Origin: Azolla caroliniana
Taxonomy: Eukaryota > Plantae > Polypodiophyta
DNA: 64,000 nucleotides
NCBI GenBank assembly: GCA_043228905.1
Contig: JBHGNT010000004.1
Location: 7,812,001 to 7,876,000 of the forward strand
Direction of reading: 5' to 3'
Shown: positions 62,971 through 64,000 of the stretch, piece by piece
Layout of the letters: the number at the start of each line of letters is the position of its first letter
Numbering within the stretch: position 1 is the stretch's first letter
Notes under the pieces: generated by a model
The model's input: the letters and a program-made list of their open reading frames with translations, nothing else
Told to the model about the DNA's origin: nothing
Database searches by the model: none
Position numbers and translations under genes: made by a program

Positions 62971-64000
62971 ATCACAAAGAGATCATCTACTTCATCATTT
63001 TTCTATGTGTTGAATAAAAGTTACTCATCCGAGTTTATTATGCTTGTCATTGTCATGTGGGTTGGGACGTTTCGATTTGCATGTGCTCATCATCATCATG
63101 TGCTAGCTGAAGCCAAGCCTCCTGTTCGCACGGAACTTAAAGCTCAAACACGTTACTCCGCAAAATAACAAGCCTCGGTCCAAAGGCCAGAAAGACGGGC
63201 TCAAAGTTTACGTTAGCTTTGTTGCCTTCCGTTCAGATTCATTTGGTATGCATAATTCGGCGGTGCGTATATATCAACCTTGGCCCACAAGGACATTTGC
63301 CAATTTTGAAGAAGGGAGCAATTACTGATTATATATAACCATTAACAGAACAACAATTCTTTTAATTATGGTAAATTGATCCTAAACATATTCTTTTAGC
63401 ATACTTATGTCCTTAACCTTAATTTAACGTGATCAAGTTTTGCAACCTTAATTTAATTATTGTACATTAATATCACATGTACATATTCTTTTTATATGTT
63501 TATGTTCTTAACCTTAATTTAATGTGATTAGGACCTACTTTTGAAATAGCATATATAGGTCATCTTAAAAACAAGTTAGCATTACTATGAAACTTATAGT
63601 ATAAATAAATGTATTTAAGTAAACTTCCCTATATTTTACCTCTTAGGTAGCAATGGGCCCGATTTCAGGTCAAACTGAATTGAACCATTAAACCATGGCT
63701 TAACGATTTATAGGTTCGAAGATAAATAAACAGTTTGGTTTGGTTTAAAATGTTACTAATCAGTTTGGTTTTGAATTTCATGGTTTAGCGGTTTAGCAAT
63801 TTCGGTTTATAGGTTAAAAAATTCACCTACATTTTCTTTATAGGCTTTAACTTTCAACTTTTAATTTTAAATCCTAGTTTTAACTTATTAAATTTTATAT
63901 GCATTACATATAGAGTCTCCCTTTTCATTTATGATGATCAAATATAATAAGCATAATAACCAAATTTATGATAAGAATGATTACCAAATTTATAATAAGT

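Noticed and set aside
63640-63830. GGTTT-rich tract resembling DNA-transposon subterminal repeats
   Set aside because: No TIR pair or TSD could be defined in the window.

Overview
Eukaryotic nuclear DNA, inferred to be from a non-seed land plant, probably a fern (PLS-class PPR gene, plant-type tRNA primer sites, Tcn1-like and fungal-like Ty3/gypsy elements). Positions 1-29 kb and 44.7-58 kb are nested LTR-retrotransposon clusters, and most boundaries can be resolved from LTR pairs, PBS/PPT and target-site duplications. Three host genes lie on the minus strand: an intronless PLS/E-type PPR gene, a multi-exon SPOUT1/C9orf114-type methyltransferase, and the AP-2 sigma subunit. The main unexplained signal is that tRNA sequence is reused inside the retroelements. 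(1) Two Athila-like families have no polypurine tract; directly upstream of the 3' LTR they carry a sense-strand mimic of the 3' half of the primer tRNA-Arg, ending in CCA plus 2 nt. (2) The LTR of a very young gypsy element has three tRNA-like A-box/B-box cassettes around its TATA box. (3) A 1.5-kb tandem repeat carries tRNA-iMet copies. A chromovirus leader also holds an array of conserved hairpins separated by variable spacers. All tRNA and family assignments are from recognition, not from database searches.
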